Source: Mobula hypostoma
Taxonomy: Eukaryota
Assembly: GCF_963921235.1 (NCBI RefSeq)
Contig: NC_086097.1
Span: 110,858,001-110,922,000 of the forward strand
Direction of reading: 5' to 3'
Length of the DNA: 64,000 nucleotides
Notes under the pieces: model-generated
Database searches by the model: none
What the model was told of the DNA's origin: nothing
The model's input: the letters and a program-made list of their open reading frames with translations, nothing else
Program-made: the position numbers and the translations under genes
In this document: one piece after another, positions 24,306-38,264 of the stretch
Layout of the letters: the number at the start of each line of letters is the position of its first letter
How positions within the stretch are numbered: position 1 is the first letter of the stretch

Positions 24306-27300
24306 ATTAAACCTATCAAGTCCTATTATATCCAGTGTTTTCTTCCAACCATCCAGAACTGATCAAGCTTTTCTTTTATGGAAAATGAAGGGAATAATAT
24401 GTTTTCGTGATTTATTCATAGATAATTGTCTCATGTCCCTTGAGCAGTTGTCTAATAAATATAATTTGTCTAGATCACATCTGTTCATATATTTACAGAT
24501 TAGAAACTTTTTGAAAGTTATTTTACCTACTTTTCCAATATCACATCAAACTGAAATTACATAAAATATTTTAGGTTTAAACCCCTACGAGAAGAGTTTA
24601 ATAGCAATTGTTTATGATTTAATTACGAAAATACATTTAGGTATGTCTGATAAAATTAAGAATGAATGGGAAAGAGAACTTCAGGCATCTTTACCCATAG
24701 AGAAATGAGAGAAAATTCTCCAACTAGTTAACACTTCAATGTGTGCCAGAAACGCTTTGATATAATTAAAGGTGGTTCATAGGGCCCACATGTCTAAGGA
24801 TAAATTAGCTCGTTTTTATGGTCATATAAATCCTGTCTGTGACAGATGTAATTCTGAGGTAGCTTCCTTGACACATATATTCTGGTCTTGCCCTCTTTTG
24901 GAAAAATATTGGAAAGACATTTTTGATATTATATCAGTAGTTTTGTGTATTGATTTACAACCTCATCCTATTACTGCAATTTTTAGACTACCAACGATAG
25001 ATAGACTTTAGTCATTTTCAGTTTGTCATTTGATTACATTTGGATCGGGACTACAGAGCGGCGTGGGAGCTGAATTCTGAAGGAAGGCAGTTTTTCTTAA
25101 AAACTTCTTCCAGTGCAAGAAGGACGAGACTGTGCAGGCGCGTGACGTAAAGGGACAGCACAGAGAGTTTAAAAAGGAGACCACCCTATACAGCGGACAG
25201 CTGTCGGAGCGGACAGCGGAGTGAGCAGTAGCAGAGTGTAGGGCTTTGGCGGTAAACAGGAAGAGGCAAGAGCAAAGCACCAACTCTTTTTCTCTATCTC
25301 CCCCCCCCCACCCCGTTTTGCGAATCGGCCCGGACAGACAGGAACAGCAGGGCTCTCACAGCTAACAGTACGAGCTAACGGTTTAAAAAGTTGTCTGTTT
25401 GGCAAGGTAAGTGGGTGAGTAGACTTATTTTTCCCGTTTTATTCCTGTAGAATTAGATAGCATGCCTGCAGGGTTAGCGCTTTGTTCAAGGTGTCAGATG
25501 TGGAATCCTGGGAGACCTCCAGCCTCCCTGATGGCCACATCTGCGCCAGGTGCACCGAGGTGCAGCTCCTCAGAGACCGTGTTAGGGATCTGGAGCTGCA
25601 GCTTGATGACCTACTCCTTATCAGGGAAAGTGAAGAGTTGATAGACAGGAGCTACAGGGAGGGAGTCATCCCTAGGCTACAGGGGTCAGAAAACTGGGTC
25701 ACTGTCAAGAGAAGGAAGGGAAATGCCCGGATAGTGGAGAGCACACCTGTGGCTGTCCCCCTCAGCAACAAATATCTTGTTCTGGATGCTGCTGAGGGGG
25801 ATGACCTGACAGGGGACGCCCACGGTGACCGCGTCTCTGGCACTGAGCCTGGCACTGTTGTGCAGGAAAGAAGGAGGGAGAAGAGGAATGCGGTAGTCAT
25901 AGTCAAGGGAACGGAGGGGAGATTCTGTGAGCCTGATAAGAGATACCCGCATGGTGTGTTGCCTCCCAGGTGCCAGGGTACGGGATGTCTCGGATCGGGT
26001 CCAGAATATTCTGAAGGGGGAAGGTGAGCAGCCAGTTGTCTTGGTACATGTTGGTACCTACGACATAGATAGGACAAAGGAGGAGGTCCTGAAGAGAGAT
26101 TTCTGGGAGTTAGGAAGGAAGCTGAGAAGCACGACCTCCAGGGTACTAATCTTGGGATTGCTACCTGTGCCACATGCTAGCGAGGGCAAGAATAGTAGGA
26201 TCAGGCGGATGAATGTGTGGCTGAGAGACTGGTGCAGGGGGCAGGGCTTCAGATTCTTGGATAATTGGGATCTCTTCTGGGGGAAGTATGACCTGTTCAA
26301 GATGGACAGGTTACACCTGAACCCGAAGGGGACCAATATCCTGGCGGGAAAGTTTAATAGAGCTGTTAGGGAGGGTTTAAACTAATTTGGCAGGGGGATG
26401 GGAACCGGAATGACAGAGCGGAGGAAGGGGAAAACAGAAATAAATATAAGATAGTGAGCAGTAAAGATGTCAGGAAAGACAGGCAGGTGATGGGGCAAAT
26501 TTGTAGCCACCGGGATGAGTTGCAGTGCAATAAAGTTGCAGTGAAATCAAAGCGAAAAGTACCAAATACTGGTCTTAAGGTGTTATACTTACATGCACGC
26601 AGCATAAGGAATAAGGTGGATGATCTTGTCATACAGCTACAGATTGGCAGGTATGATATTGTGGCCATCAGTGAGACGTGGCTAAAGGATGCATGTCTCT
26701 GGGAGCTGAACGTCCAAGGACACACGATGTATCGGAAGGATAGGAAGGTGGGCAGAGGGGAAGACGTGGCTTTATTGGTAAGAAATAATATTAAATCATT
26801 AGAAAGAGGTGATATAGGATTGGAAGTTGCAGAATCTTTATGGGTTGAGCTAAGAAATCGCAGGGGTAAAAGGACCCTGATGGCAGTTATTTATAGGCCT
26901 CCAAACAGCTGCAGTGATGTGGACTACAAAATACAACAGGAAAGAGAAAACGCTTGCCAGAAGGGCAGTGTTATGATAATTGTGGGGGATTTTAACATAC
27001 GAGTGGATTGGGAAAATCAAGTCGGCACTGGATCTCAAGAGAGAGAACTTGTAGAATGTCTGCGAGATGACTTTTTAGAACAGCTTGTAGTTGAGCCCAC
27101 TAGGGGATCGGCTGTACTGGATTGGGTATTGTGTAATGAACCGCAGGTGATTAGAGAGATTGAGGTGAAGGAACCCTTAGGAGGCAGTGATCATAACATG
27201 ATTGAGTTCACTGTGAAATTTGAAAAAGAGAAGCCGAAATCTGACGTGTCGGTATTTCAATGGAGTAAAGGAAATTACAGTGGCATGAGAGAGGAACTGG

Positions 27301-29914
27301 CCAAAGTTGACTGGAAAGGGACACTGGCGGGAAAGACAGCAGAGCAGCAGTGGCTGGAGTTTATGCGAGAAGTGAGGAAGGTGCAAGACAGGTATATTCC
27401 AAAAAAGAAGAAATTTTCGAATGGAAAAAGGATGCAACCGTGGTTGACAAGAGAAGTCAAAGCCAGAGTTAAAGCAAAGGAGAGGGCATACAAGGAAGCA
27501 AAAATTACTGGGAAGACATAGGATTGGGAAGTTTTTAAAAGCTTACAAAAGGAAACTAAGAAAGTCATTAAGAGGGAAAAGATTAACTATGAAAGGAAGC
27601 TGGCAAATAATATCAACGAGAATACTAAAAGCTTTTTCAAGTATATAAAGAGTAAAAGACAGGCGAGAGTAGATATAGGACTGATAGAAAATGATGCTGG
27701 AGAAATTGTAATGGGAGATAAGGAGATGGCGGAGGAACTGAATGAGTATTTTGCATCAGTCTTTACCGAGGAAGACAGCAGTATACCAGACACTCAAGGG
27801 TGACAGGGAAGAGAAGTGTGCGCAGTCACAATTACGACAGAGAAAGTACTCAGGAAGCTGAATAGTCTAAAGGTAGATAAATCTCCCGGACCAGATGGAA
27901 TGCACCCTCGTGTTCTGAAGGAAGTAGCTGTGGAGATTGCGGAGGCATTAGCGATGATCTTTCAGAAGTCGATAATTCTGGCATGGTTCCGGAGAACTGG
28001 AAGATTGCAAATGTCACTCCGCTATTTAAGAAGGGGGCAAGGAAGCAAAAAAGAAATTATAGACCTGTTAGCTTGACATCGGTGGTTGGGAAGCTGTTGG
28101 AGTTGATTGTCAAGGATGATGTTACAGAGTACCTGGAGGCATATGACAAGATAGGCAGAACTCGGCAATGGATTCCTTAAAGGAAAATCCTGCCAGACAA
28201 ACCTATTACAATCTTTTGAGGAAATTACAAGTAGGCTAGACAAGAGAGATGCAGTGGATGTTGTATATTTGGATTTTCAGAAGGCCCTTGATAAGGTGGC
28301 ACATATGAGGGTACTTAACAAGAGCCCATGGAATTACGGGAAAGTTACATACGTGGATAGAGCGTTGGCTGATTGGCAAGAAACAGAGAGTGGGAATAAA
28401 GGGATCCTATTCTGGTTGGCTGCTGGTTACCAGTGGTGTTCCACAGGGGTCCGTGTTGGGGCCGCTTCCTTTTATATTGTACATCAACGGTTTGGATTAT
28501 GGAATAGATGGCTTTGTGGCTGAGTTTGTTGACGATACGAAGATAGGTGGAGGGGCTGGTAGTGCTGAGGAAACAGAGAGACTGCAGATAGACTTGGATA
28601 GATTGGAAGGATGGGCAAAGAAGTGGCAAATGAAATACAATGTTGGAAAGTGTATGGTTATGCACTTTGGCAGAAGAAATAAACGGGCAGACTAAGATTT
28701 AAATGGGGAGAGAATTCAACGTTCTGTGATGCAACGGGACTTGGGAGTCCTCGTACAGGATACCCTTAAGGTTAACCTCCAGGCTGAGTCAGGCAATGTT
28801 GGCATTCATTTCTTGAGGAATAGAGTATAGGAGCAGGGATGTGATGTTTGAGGCTTTATAAGGCACTGGTGAGACCTCACTTGGAGTACTGTGGGCAGTT
28901 TTGGTCTCCTTATTTAAGAAAAGATGTGCTGATGTTGGAGAGGGTACAGAGAAGATTCACTAGAATGATTCCAGGAATGAGAGGCTTAACATATGAGGAA
29001 CGTTTGTCCACTCTTGGACTGTATTCCTCGGAGTTTAGAAGAATGAGGGGGGACCTCATAGAAACATTTCGAATGTTGAAAGGCATGGACAGAGTGGATG
29101 TGGCAAAGCTGTTTCCCATGATGGGGGAGTCTAGTATGAGAGGGCATGACTTAAGGATTGAAGGGCACCCATTCAGAACAGAAATGCGAAGAAATTTTTT
29201 TAGTCAGAGGGTGGTGAATCTATGGAATTTGTTGCCATGGGCAGCAGTGGAGGCCAAGTCATTGGATGTATTTAAGGCAGAGATTGATAGGTATCTGAGT
29301 AGCCAGGGCATCAAAGGTTATGTTGAGAAGGCATGGGAGTGAGACTAAATGGGAGAATGGATCAGCTCATGATAAAATGGCGGAGCAGACTCGATGGGCC
29401 GAATGGCCGACTTCTGCTCCTTTGTCTTATGGTCTTATTAGCCAGAAGATCCATTTTATTTAAATGGAAAGATTCTAATCCCCCTCCTACATTTCAGTGG
29501 TTTTCCCAAACTTTAACATGTTTAAACTTGGAAAAAATTAGGAGTGGTACCACTGATCCTTTGGTTAAATTTGAAGAAACTTGGAGGCCATTTATTCAAC
29601 ATTTTAATATGATGTAAGCTGACCTTTTCCAAATCCTTTTCAATAACTTTTTGTTTGTGTATAGGGGAGCAGAGTTAATGACAAATAATGATCTTAACCG
29701 ATGAACTATGGCAGACCAGTCTTTGTTTTGTTTTGTTTAGTGTAGGGGGTAAAAATTTTTTAAAAATCTTTTTCATGTTCAGTTATTAAGAGATTGGGAG
29801 GTTTAAATTAAATATGTTACTCGGAGTCTGTGTCTGTAATCCCGATCTCTTTGTATTATTATCATTGTTATGTTTATCAATTTGAAACTCAATAAAAAAG
29901 ATTGAAAAAGGAAT
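24306..29914 (+). mobile_element. 5'-truncated L1-clade LINE (24306-25041 and ~29437-29914)
   Basis: KVVHRAH...CDRC...HIFWSC zinc knuckle continues as LLARRSILFKWK after the CR1. AATAAA and A-rich end. TSD gatgtatattgta at 24293-24305 and 29915-29927. Confidence 0.88.
25042..29438 (+). mobile_element. Full-length but disabled CR1 LINE (ORF1 Zn-finger plus SGNH esterase; ORF2 APE-RT)
   Basis: 5' UTR; ORF1 from ~25462 (CSRC...ICARC, CLPGA, HVGT, DRLHLN); ORF2 EN (ISETW, IYRPP, GDFN, SDH) and RT; (tcttatgg) tail. Multiple stops and frameshifts. Confidence 0.93.
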
Positions 29915-32900
29915 GATGTATATTGTATACACTCTCTGACACTGAATTGGACCTTTGAGCCTTTGTTACTCTGGTTGGCAATCAGTGGTGAGTGGTGTGC
30001 CACAAGGGTCAGTGCTGCGCCCGCAACTGTTCACGATATACATTAACGATCTGGAAGAGGAGTCCAAGCGTGGTGTATCGAAGTTTGCTGATGATACTAA
30101 ATTGAGTGGAAAAGCATATTGTGCAGAAGATACAGAGAGTCTGCAGAGAGATATAAATAGGTTAAGTGAGTGGGCAAAGGCCTGGTAGATGGAGTACAAG
30201 GTTGGTAAATGCAAGGTCATCCACTTTGGAAGGAAAAATGAAAGAGCAGGTTATTATTTAAATGGTAAAAAATTGCAACATGCTGCTGTGCAGAGGGACT
30301 TAGGAGTGCTTGTGCATGAATCACAAACAGTTGATTTGCAGGTGCAGCAGGCTATCAAGAAGGCAAATGGAATGATGGCCTTCAATGCTAGAAAGATTGA
30401 ATTTAAGAGCCGGAGAATATGCTGCAACTGTACAGGGTACTGGAGAGGCCACACCTGGAGTACTGCATCCAGTTTTGGTCTCCTTACTTGGTGAAGGATA
30501 TACTGGCTTTAGAGGTGGTGCAGAGGAAGCTCACCAGGTTGATTCCAGAGATGAGGGGGTTAGACTAAGAGGAGAGATTGATTCGCCTGGGACTGTACTC
30601 GCTGGAAATCAGAAGAAGATCTTATAGAAACATATAAAATTATGGAGGGGATAGATAAAATAGAGGCAGGAAAGTTGTTTCCACTGGTAGGAGAGACTAG
30701 AACTAGAGGACCTCGCCTCAATATTCGGGGGAGTAGATTTAGGATGGAGATGAGGAGGAACTGCTTTTCCCAGAGAGTGGTGAATCTATGGAAGTCTCTG
30801 CCCAATGAAGCAGTGGAGTCTACCTCAGTAAATATATTTCAGACAAGGTTGGATAGATTTTTTGCATAGGGGAATTAAAGGCTATGGGGAAAAGGGAGGT
30901 AGGTGGAGATGAGTTCATGGCCAGATCAACCACAATCTTACTGAATGGCGGAGCAGGCTTGATGAGCCAGATGGTTTACTCCTGCTCCTATTTCTTATGT
31001 TCTAATATACCAGCAAAAGAGAGTTGTAGGTAAGGTTTGCTGAAAATTACAAGAATATAGTGAAACAAAAAAGAAATGCATCATGCTTGGCAAAAACCAG
31101 AAGTTCTTTACTGCACAATCAGCTGACATGAAGCCTGAATATTCGGAAGAGAAGCAGACTAGTCAGAACTGAAAAATCTCTGCTAATAGAAGTAGAAGAC
31201 AACCTTCTGATTTCTAGATACATTTTGTATTTGGTCTTCATCTATTGACCATTGATATCCTGAACAATTGTGCACATTACTGCTGTCAATGTTCTGCACA
31301 CCTACATGCACAACAGAAAAGATTTTATTGCAGTGATACTATTGTCCATATGAAGTACTTTACCATGGATGCCCGACTGAAACCAAATAAATGTACCCTC
31401 AGAATTAAGTCAAAGATGTTATTTTGCAAATGTGGTCAAGCACAAACTGTAATTGGTTTGAAATTTTAAAAAAACTTCATTCTGTTTGATAGTGTTATGT
31501 ACTTCCTCATGCTGCTCATTTCCTTCAGAAGGGTAATTTACAGAATGATAAAGGCTGTTGAAGGAACACACTCAATAACTGAATGGTCTTTTTCCAGATT
31601 TTCATATATTAGTAGTGTTCTGCCAGTTAATGACAAATATCTAGACAGATGAGCTGAAACACATTTAGTATTAGTTTGTTAGTAGGACAAATATATTATT
31701 GTTACAAAAAGATGAGAAAAAGACAATTAAAGATAACACTCACCCATGAAATGAATGCATCAATAGCCAACTCTCAGAAGATGCCAGTGCGAGGTGAAGA
31801 ATACTACAGTGCCAGAGGAAATGAGCATATTGGATTTTATAAGTTATGCAAGAAACATTCAAAGCTTGGAAAATGCAAGCAAACAGGATAACCATTAGAT
31901 GAATTGTGCCAATGATTGTAAACCAGCATCTGAATTGGAGAACTCAGGAAGGAATGGAATGGGATGGGATGGGGATAGCAGGAAGAAAATAACATCCTGT
32001 GAGGGTTGGCTCCTGCCATTTAGAAATGGGATCAACTGGAATTAAGATAGTTGAACAAAAAATTTGATGCTTTACCCATTCCAGTAAAGGACTGTGATCA
32101 CATAACGTCCAGAAGCCATTACAGCATTAAAAATGGACTATTACGTTCAGTCACGTTATTTAAGATTTTAATTATTAAAAATGTTTTAAAAAATGTTCTT
32201 TTATGTCTGATCTATATTGCAATATCATCTTTTTCTTTTTATTTTGCTTCAGTACACAATTTTACATGGCTAAATAACTAATTAAGAGTGCGTTCTTCAA
32301 CCTTGTTGTAAGATGAATTAAATGCCTATTTTACACATAAAAACATCTACAGTGATCCACTGTAGGAGTCACAACACAAAGGAGGTAGCCATTCAGCACA
32401 AGTCCACGTCAGCTCTCTCTTAAGTGCTTTAATCAGCTCTCTTCCCTGCTCTCTTCTTTTAACTCTGGAGGTTTCTTTCCCTGAAGTGCCTATTCCTTGT
32501 GAAAATATGGATCATCTCTGCTCCAGCTATTCCAATAATAAAGTCGTCACTGAATAAAAATGTTCTCCTTGCCATCCCACTGCATATTTTGTCCAAAACC
32601 TTAAAGCTATTGGCTTTTTTTTTTGTAAAAAGTGAATGGGATCAATTTTGCATTCCCTATGTAAAGCTGTTACCATCTAGAACACTACTATCAAATCTTC
32701 CTTAGTTCCAAAGAGAACAAACATCTTTCACATTGCCAACCTAACATTGCAGCTAAAAATCCTCACTGCTGGACATGTTCTGATAGATTTCCTTTGTATT
32801 CTTCAAAGGTCCTTTATATCTTTCTTATTTTGTGATAACTAGAATTGGACATTCTGATTTAGTCACCCGATAATTTTAAAATGTTGTTGTCCATACAATC

Positions 32901-34529
32901 CTGACAAAGATATTATCCAAATTCCAACAATGTTTGTAACATATGCACCAAATTATTAATATTAATTTTTTTTCAATATGCTATTTACAGTTCAATCCAT
33001 GATTGATTCAGATGGTGGCTTATAATCCAGTTATCTATCAAGGTCATCCACTTGACCATGAAATGAGTTTGTATTTGTGGAAACCAAATTTGAAATAAAA
33101 ACCAGTTAGTAAATGCTGGTGCTATTGCCAATATTGACATATAACAATAAGCAAAATGAATGTTAAAACACAAACATTCTTTGAAATTGCAGAAAGCTAC
33201 ATAATGTTTGGAAATAGACCACTTGCAGAAGGTACAATGGCTAACAACAAATTACAGGACAAGAAGTTAATTGTTTGAGTCAAGCATGTGCTGAGTTATT
33301 TGATAATGGAGTGTATTCCAGAAATAATGATCAAATTTTGAGTAAATGGCTTTTCCATCTAAACATAGTAAAACTCAGTGCCTTTTCCTTATTGAACTGA
33401 GATGAGCAGCCAATTATTGAATGTGGAAATAATTAAACTCCTATTCACCATTGTTTTGCTGGTCAAAGTAATGTAGGTCTCTTGAACTTTGAAATTTTCC
33501 TCAGGATTGATTTTATTAGTTGTGAACTAGAACTTCATTCATCTCTATTCAAAGTTTCTGGTGAGCAGATGAAATGCCTCTTCCATGACTCCCAGGTGTA
33601 TAAACATAATTGAATGATACATATCAAAATTTCCACTTGGTACTTCAAGAGGATTATCCATCAGGTTGGGGAATAAAGAGAAAATCAGTTTGCGATATTC
33701 CTTAGTTTGCAATTATTTCCAGAATGTTTAAGATAATTTGGGCCATGTTTCTTTTTTTAAAAAAACAGTAGTTAACAGTGACATGAGGATGTTAAAGATG
33801 ACAGCAGTTAATACTGGAACATTAACATGCTAAAACAAAATAATGAGTGCTCCTTTTGAATTTCTAAACAAAATAAATATAAAGCACACATTGACAATAA
33901 CTAGTCAAATAATACCCATCACAAAACGCTTACATTAAGTGGAACAGCAAATTATATTTTCCCAGATTAAAAAACATTATCATGCATCTCTTACCTGTGA
34001 AATATTATTTCCTTGTAATGTGGTCACATTTTTCCTGAATTCCTTCTTACTCTGTTCCCCCCATTCCCTTCTTATTTTCTCTCTCCCTAAATCCCTTCTT
34101 ATTCTCTCTCACATTAAAGAATATGCTACTAAATTTTGTCCAGGATACAGCATTCCTGAGTAACAATTTTAACTGAATCAACTGCATTTAACCTGCAAAA
34201 ATACTTGTAACCAATGGGCTATAAGAAATAAAGCCTAAAGCTACTGCAACTTTTAATGAAAACTTTAAAAAATCAGAGAAAAACTACAAACAATGGAAAT
34301 CTGAAATAAATATAGGAAATGCTGTAAAAATCAGCAGATAAGGCAGCATCTGTTGAAAAGGGAACATCTTCTATTTCAGATCGAAGGTCCTTCATTAGAA
34401 CTAAGAAAGAGAAAACAAGAGATCTAGGTGGCAGAAAAGGTACATGAAGGAAATGGGAATTTGTGAGACAGAACAAACTAACACAGCAAGAGGGTGGTTA
34501 AGCTTGATTAGTATAATATGTCACTAATT

Positions 34530-35220
34530 TTCAAAGTACCTTTATTATCAAAGTATTTTATATACTGTACGTCCTTGAGATTTGTCTCCTTATGGGCAGC
34601 CACAAAAACAAAGAAACCCAATAGTACCCATTTTAAAAAAAAGACTGTCAAACACCCAATGTACAAATTGGGTAAACAATCAAGTAAGCAAACATCATTC
34701 AGAACTTAAGTTCGCAGAAGTGAGTCTACAGCGACGAAGCCAGTTCATTGCCGTAGCTGATCCAGGAGCCTAATAGTTGCAGGGTAGTCTTAGTTCAGCG
34801 CAGTGACAAGTAAACCTCACGAGCAGCAAGCTGAACACTTGCCCATAACGAGTTGTTCCTTATTCTCAGGCCCCGCTGCCTTGATTCGAACTGTACCAAA
34901 CCTTTCCGATATGGCATGATGTTTAAATTGATCAACCGTCGGTTTGATCCTCACTCGCAGGCCTGGGCCCCGCCATCTCGACTCTACAGCTTCAAATCAA
35001 CTCCAAGCCCACTCCAGCAATGGCCAAACATTGGCTCGTTTCCTGTTCTTGGGCTCAGGCCCATCACCTCGATTTGGCCTGTACACATCACGCCACAACT
35101 GTCCTGCACCTTCGAAACTTCAGTTTACACGACAAAAATGCTAGGTCGTAAAGGCAGTTCAAAAGCTCATCGTTGAAAGGGCAGTTATAGGCAAGATCAC
35201 TTTCGAAAAAAAGTGTGATT
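34530..35220 (-). mobile_element. Probable non-autonomous retroelement or SINE-like repeat
   Basis: A tail-type motif (tcaaagtacctttattatcaaagta) and a CpG-richer body set within AT-rich intron. Confidence 0.4.
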
Positions 35221-36019
35221 AATTCAATTTTCTTGAAGTAGATAGTAATGCTGTAAAATACAGGTCATGTTACATGCAACATTAAAAGTTAGCTTTTCAC
35301 TTAACTCCTTAAAATATAGTTCATTAGTCACAGGTATTCTATGCAGATACTGGACATATCCCACAGGCCACAAGAGAAAGAAAAGGGAGAAAAACGACAA
35401 GCAGAGATTTCCTGTCCTGATACAAACAGAAAGAAAGGTCAAGTTAAAAGGTTGGAGAACTCAATATAATGTCCTGCAGGTTGCAATGTGTCCAAACAAA
35501 GGAGGAGGTATTGTTCCTCGAGCCTATGTAGGATATTGCTGTAACAGTGCAGGCGGCCAGAGAGGAGTTGAAGGTGGGGCAATCTTTAAAAACGTCATCT
35601 TTGAAACTAATGAAAATCATTCATTATTCCTGTGCAAAACTAGCAACTGTTCCAAAGGGAGCTTTGGGCAAGATCTAGCCCTCTGCATTACAGAACAATA
35701 GGTGGTAATTTGACCCTTTGTTTGTGCCTCATCACAAAAGTACTGTAAATTAAAATATATGGCAAGGAGGGAGATCGGGACATTACATATTCTATGTTTG
35801 ACATTACTTATCCAACATCCATTTAAAAACTCATAAATGCAAACAATTCTATTTGTGAACTGATTATGCAAACTGATCCTTTTACCTCAATTTCAGGAAG
35901 ACTTTTATGTTGTAATGACTGTTTAAAGTCATTCAAACAGTCCATTTGGCCAACCGTATCCACACCAATATGTGACAATAGATCTACATCAATCCCAAAT
36001 CCAGCACTTGGTCTACAGC

Positions 36020-37128
36020 TTTCAGTGCCTTGGTAATTCAAGTGCTGAAAGCGATTCTGCTTTCATCACTCTGTCAGGCAGTGTATTCCAAGTACTCACC
36101 ACTCTCTGGGTGAAAAGGACCCCTCAGGTTCCTTCCAAATCTCTTACCCCCTTACCTTGAATCTCATTTTCATCTCAGATAAGAGCAAACGTTTCCTGCA
36201 GGTACACTTTTTAAACCCCTTTAAACGTTCCTGTCACCTTAAACCTGAACCCTCCAGTGTGAAGCACCCCAAACATGAGATACACACTCTTATAATTTTA
36301 TATATTTTATCATGTTATCTCTCGGTCTCCTCACTTAGGGAAAAGAGACCCAGTCTATTCAAATCTCTTCTAACAACTCAGTCCTTCCAATCCCAGCAAA
36401 ATCTTCATTAACCTTTTCTGCAATATCAGCTTAATCACACCTTTTCTACAATGGAATAAACAGAACTGCGTACATTTCCCCAAATGAGGGCTAATCATTA
36501 TAATCTGTCCCATTATAACATGACATCCCAACTCTTGCACAAGGCAACATACCAGATGCCTTCTTCACCACCACATTTTTCCACGTTTCCATTTTCAGGG
36601 AACTATGCCTTTGTAATTCCAAGGTGCCTCTACTGAAGAAAGATGCCAGAGAGTAACGCCATTCTCTGTGTACGTCCTGCCCTGGTTTAACTTCCCAAAG
36701 TGCATCGCTTCACACCTGTCAGATTTAAATTCCATCATCCATTTCTTTGCCACATTCCCAGTTGATCAACAACACTGTTGTAACCTCCTTTACTGTTTAA
36801 TAGATTTTGGTATCATCTGCAAACAGACAAAATATGCTACCTACATACTCATCCAAATCATTAATACATGTGACAAACAAAACAGAACCTAGCACCAATA
36901 CACGCACACACTTGTTATAGGCTTCTAATCTCAAAAACAATCCTCAACTACTACCCTATGCCTCGGACCACCACGCTAATGTTAAATGCAACTGGCTAAC
37001 TTGCTCTGGATCCCACATTATCTAATCTTTCAGAACAGCCCACTGTGTAGGTATCAAACACCGTGCTAAAGTCCACATAGGCAATGTCTATTGCTTTAGC
37101 ATCTTCAACCCTCTTCAAAAACGCATTC
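36020..37128 (-). mobile_element. Old CR1 fragment
   Basis: Reverse complement of the CR1 RT 3' region (DIAYVDFSTVFD). Confidence 0.65.
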
Positions 37129-37236
37129 AAATTTATGACAAACAACAGGAATTCTGCAGATGCTGGAAATCCAAGCAACATACATCAAAGTTGCTGGTGA
37201 ACGCAGCAGGCCAAGCAGCATCCGTAGGAAGAGGTG

Positions 37237-37274
37237 CAGTCGACGTTTCAGGCCGAGACCCTTCGTCAGGACTA
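37237..37274 (-). ncRNA. Minimal type I hammerhead ribozyme (intact)
   Basis: Minus strand: tagtc CTGACGA a gggtctcggcct GAAA cGTC gactg. Confidence 0.8.
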
Positions 37275-38264
37275 ACTGAAGGAAGAGTGAGTAAGGGATT
37301 TGAAAGTTGGAGGGGGAGGGGGAGATCCAAAATGATAGGAGAAGACAGGAGGGGGAGGGATGGAGCCGAGAGCTGGACAGGTGATAGGCAAAAGGGATAC
37401 GAGAGGATCATGGGACAGGAGGTCCGGGAAGAAAGACAAGGGGGGGGGTGACCCAGAGGATGGGCAAGAGGTATATTCAGAGGGACAGAGGGAGAAAAAG
37501 GAGAGTGAGAGAAAGAATGTGTGCATAAAAATGAGTAACAGATGGGGTACGAGGGGGAGGTGGGGCCTTAGCGGAAGTTAGAGAAGTCGATGTTCATGCC
37601 ATCAGGTTGGAGGCTACCCAGACGGAATATAAGGTGTTGTTCCTCCAACCTGAGTGTGGCTTCATCTTTACAGTAGAGGAGGCCGTGGATAGACATGTCA
37701 GAATGGGAATGGGATGTGGAATTAAAATGTGTGGCCACTGTGAGATCCTGTTTTCTCTGGCGGACAGAGCGTAGATGTTCAGCAAAGCGGTCTCCCAGTC
37801 TACGTCGGGTCTCGCCAATATATAAAAGGCCACATCGGGAGCACCGGACGCAGTGTATCACCCCAGTCGACTCACAGGTGAAGTGATGCCTCACCTGGAA
37901 GGACTGTTTGGGGCCCTGAATGGTGGTATGGGAGGAAGTGTAAGGGCATGTGTAGCACTTGTTCCGCTTACACGGATAAGTGCCAGGAGGGAGATCAGTG
38001 GGGAGGGATGGGGGGGACGAATGGACAAGGGAGTTGTGTAGGGAGCGATCCCTGCGGAATGCAGAGGGGGGGGGAGGGAAAGATGTGCTTAGTGGTGGGA
38101 TCCCGTTGGAGGTGGCGGAAGTTACGGAGAATAATATGTTGGACCCGGAGGCTGGTGGGGTGGTAGGTGAGGACCAGAGGAACCCTATTCCTAGTGGGGT
38201 GGTGGCAGGATGGAGTGAGAGCAGATGTACGTGAAATGGGGGAGATACGTTTAAGAGCAGAGTT

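Larger units (their letters stand above)
23513..29965 (+). mobile_element. Non-autonomous SINE-like retroelement (23513-24305 and 29915-29965)
   Basis: aagatggcg head, non-coding body, 3' end gacctttgagcctttg. Split by an L1 with a 13-bp TSD. Confidence 0.6.
23265..31003 (+). mobile_element. CR1 3' fragment split by nested insertions (23265-23512 and 29966-31003)
   Basis: QHGF...QKAFDKVPH...RKQRAG continues as YSGWQSVVSGVPQGSVL after 29966; ttcttatg tail. Confidence 0.85.

Noticed and set aside
25407..25450. GTAAGT...polypyrimidine-AG in the CR1 5' UTR as an intron
   Set aside because: Only 44 nt, below the usual vertebrate minimum intron size.
33990..34040. Strong minus-strand donor (CAG|GTAAGA) as an alternative GOLGA4 exon
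   Set aside because: The upstream sequence is purine-rich with no polypyrimidine tract, and the translation does not resemble GOLGA4.
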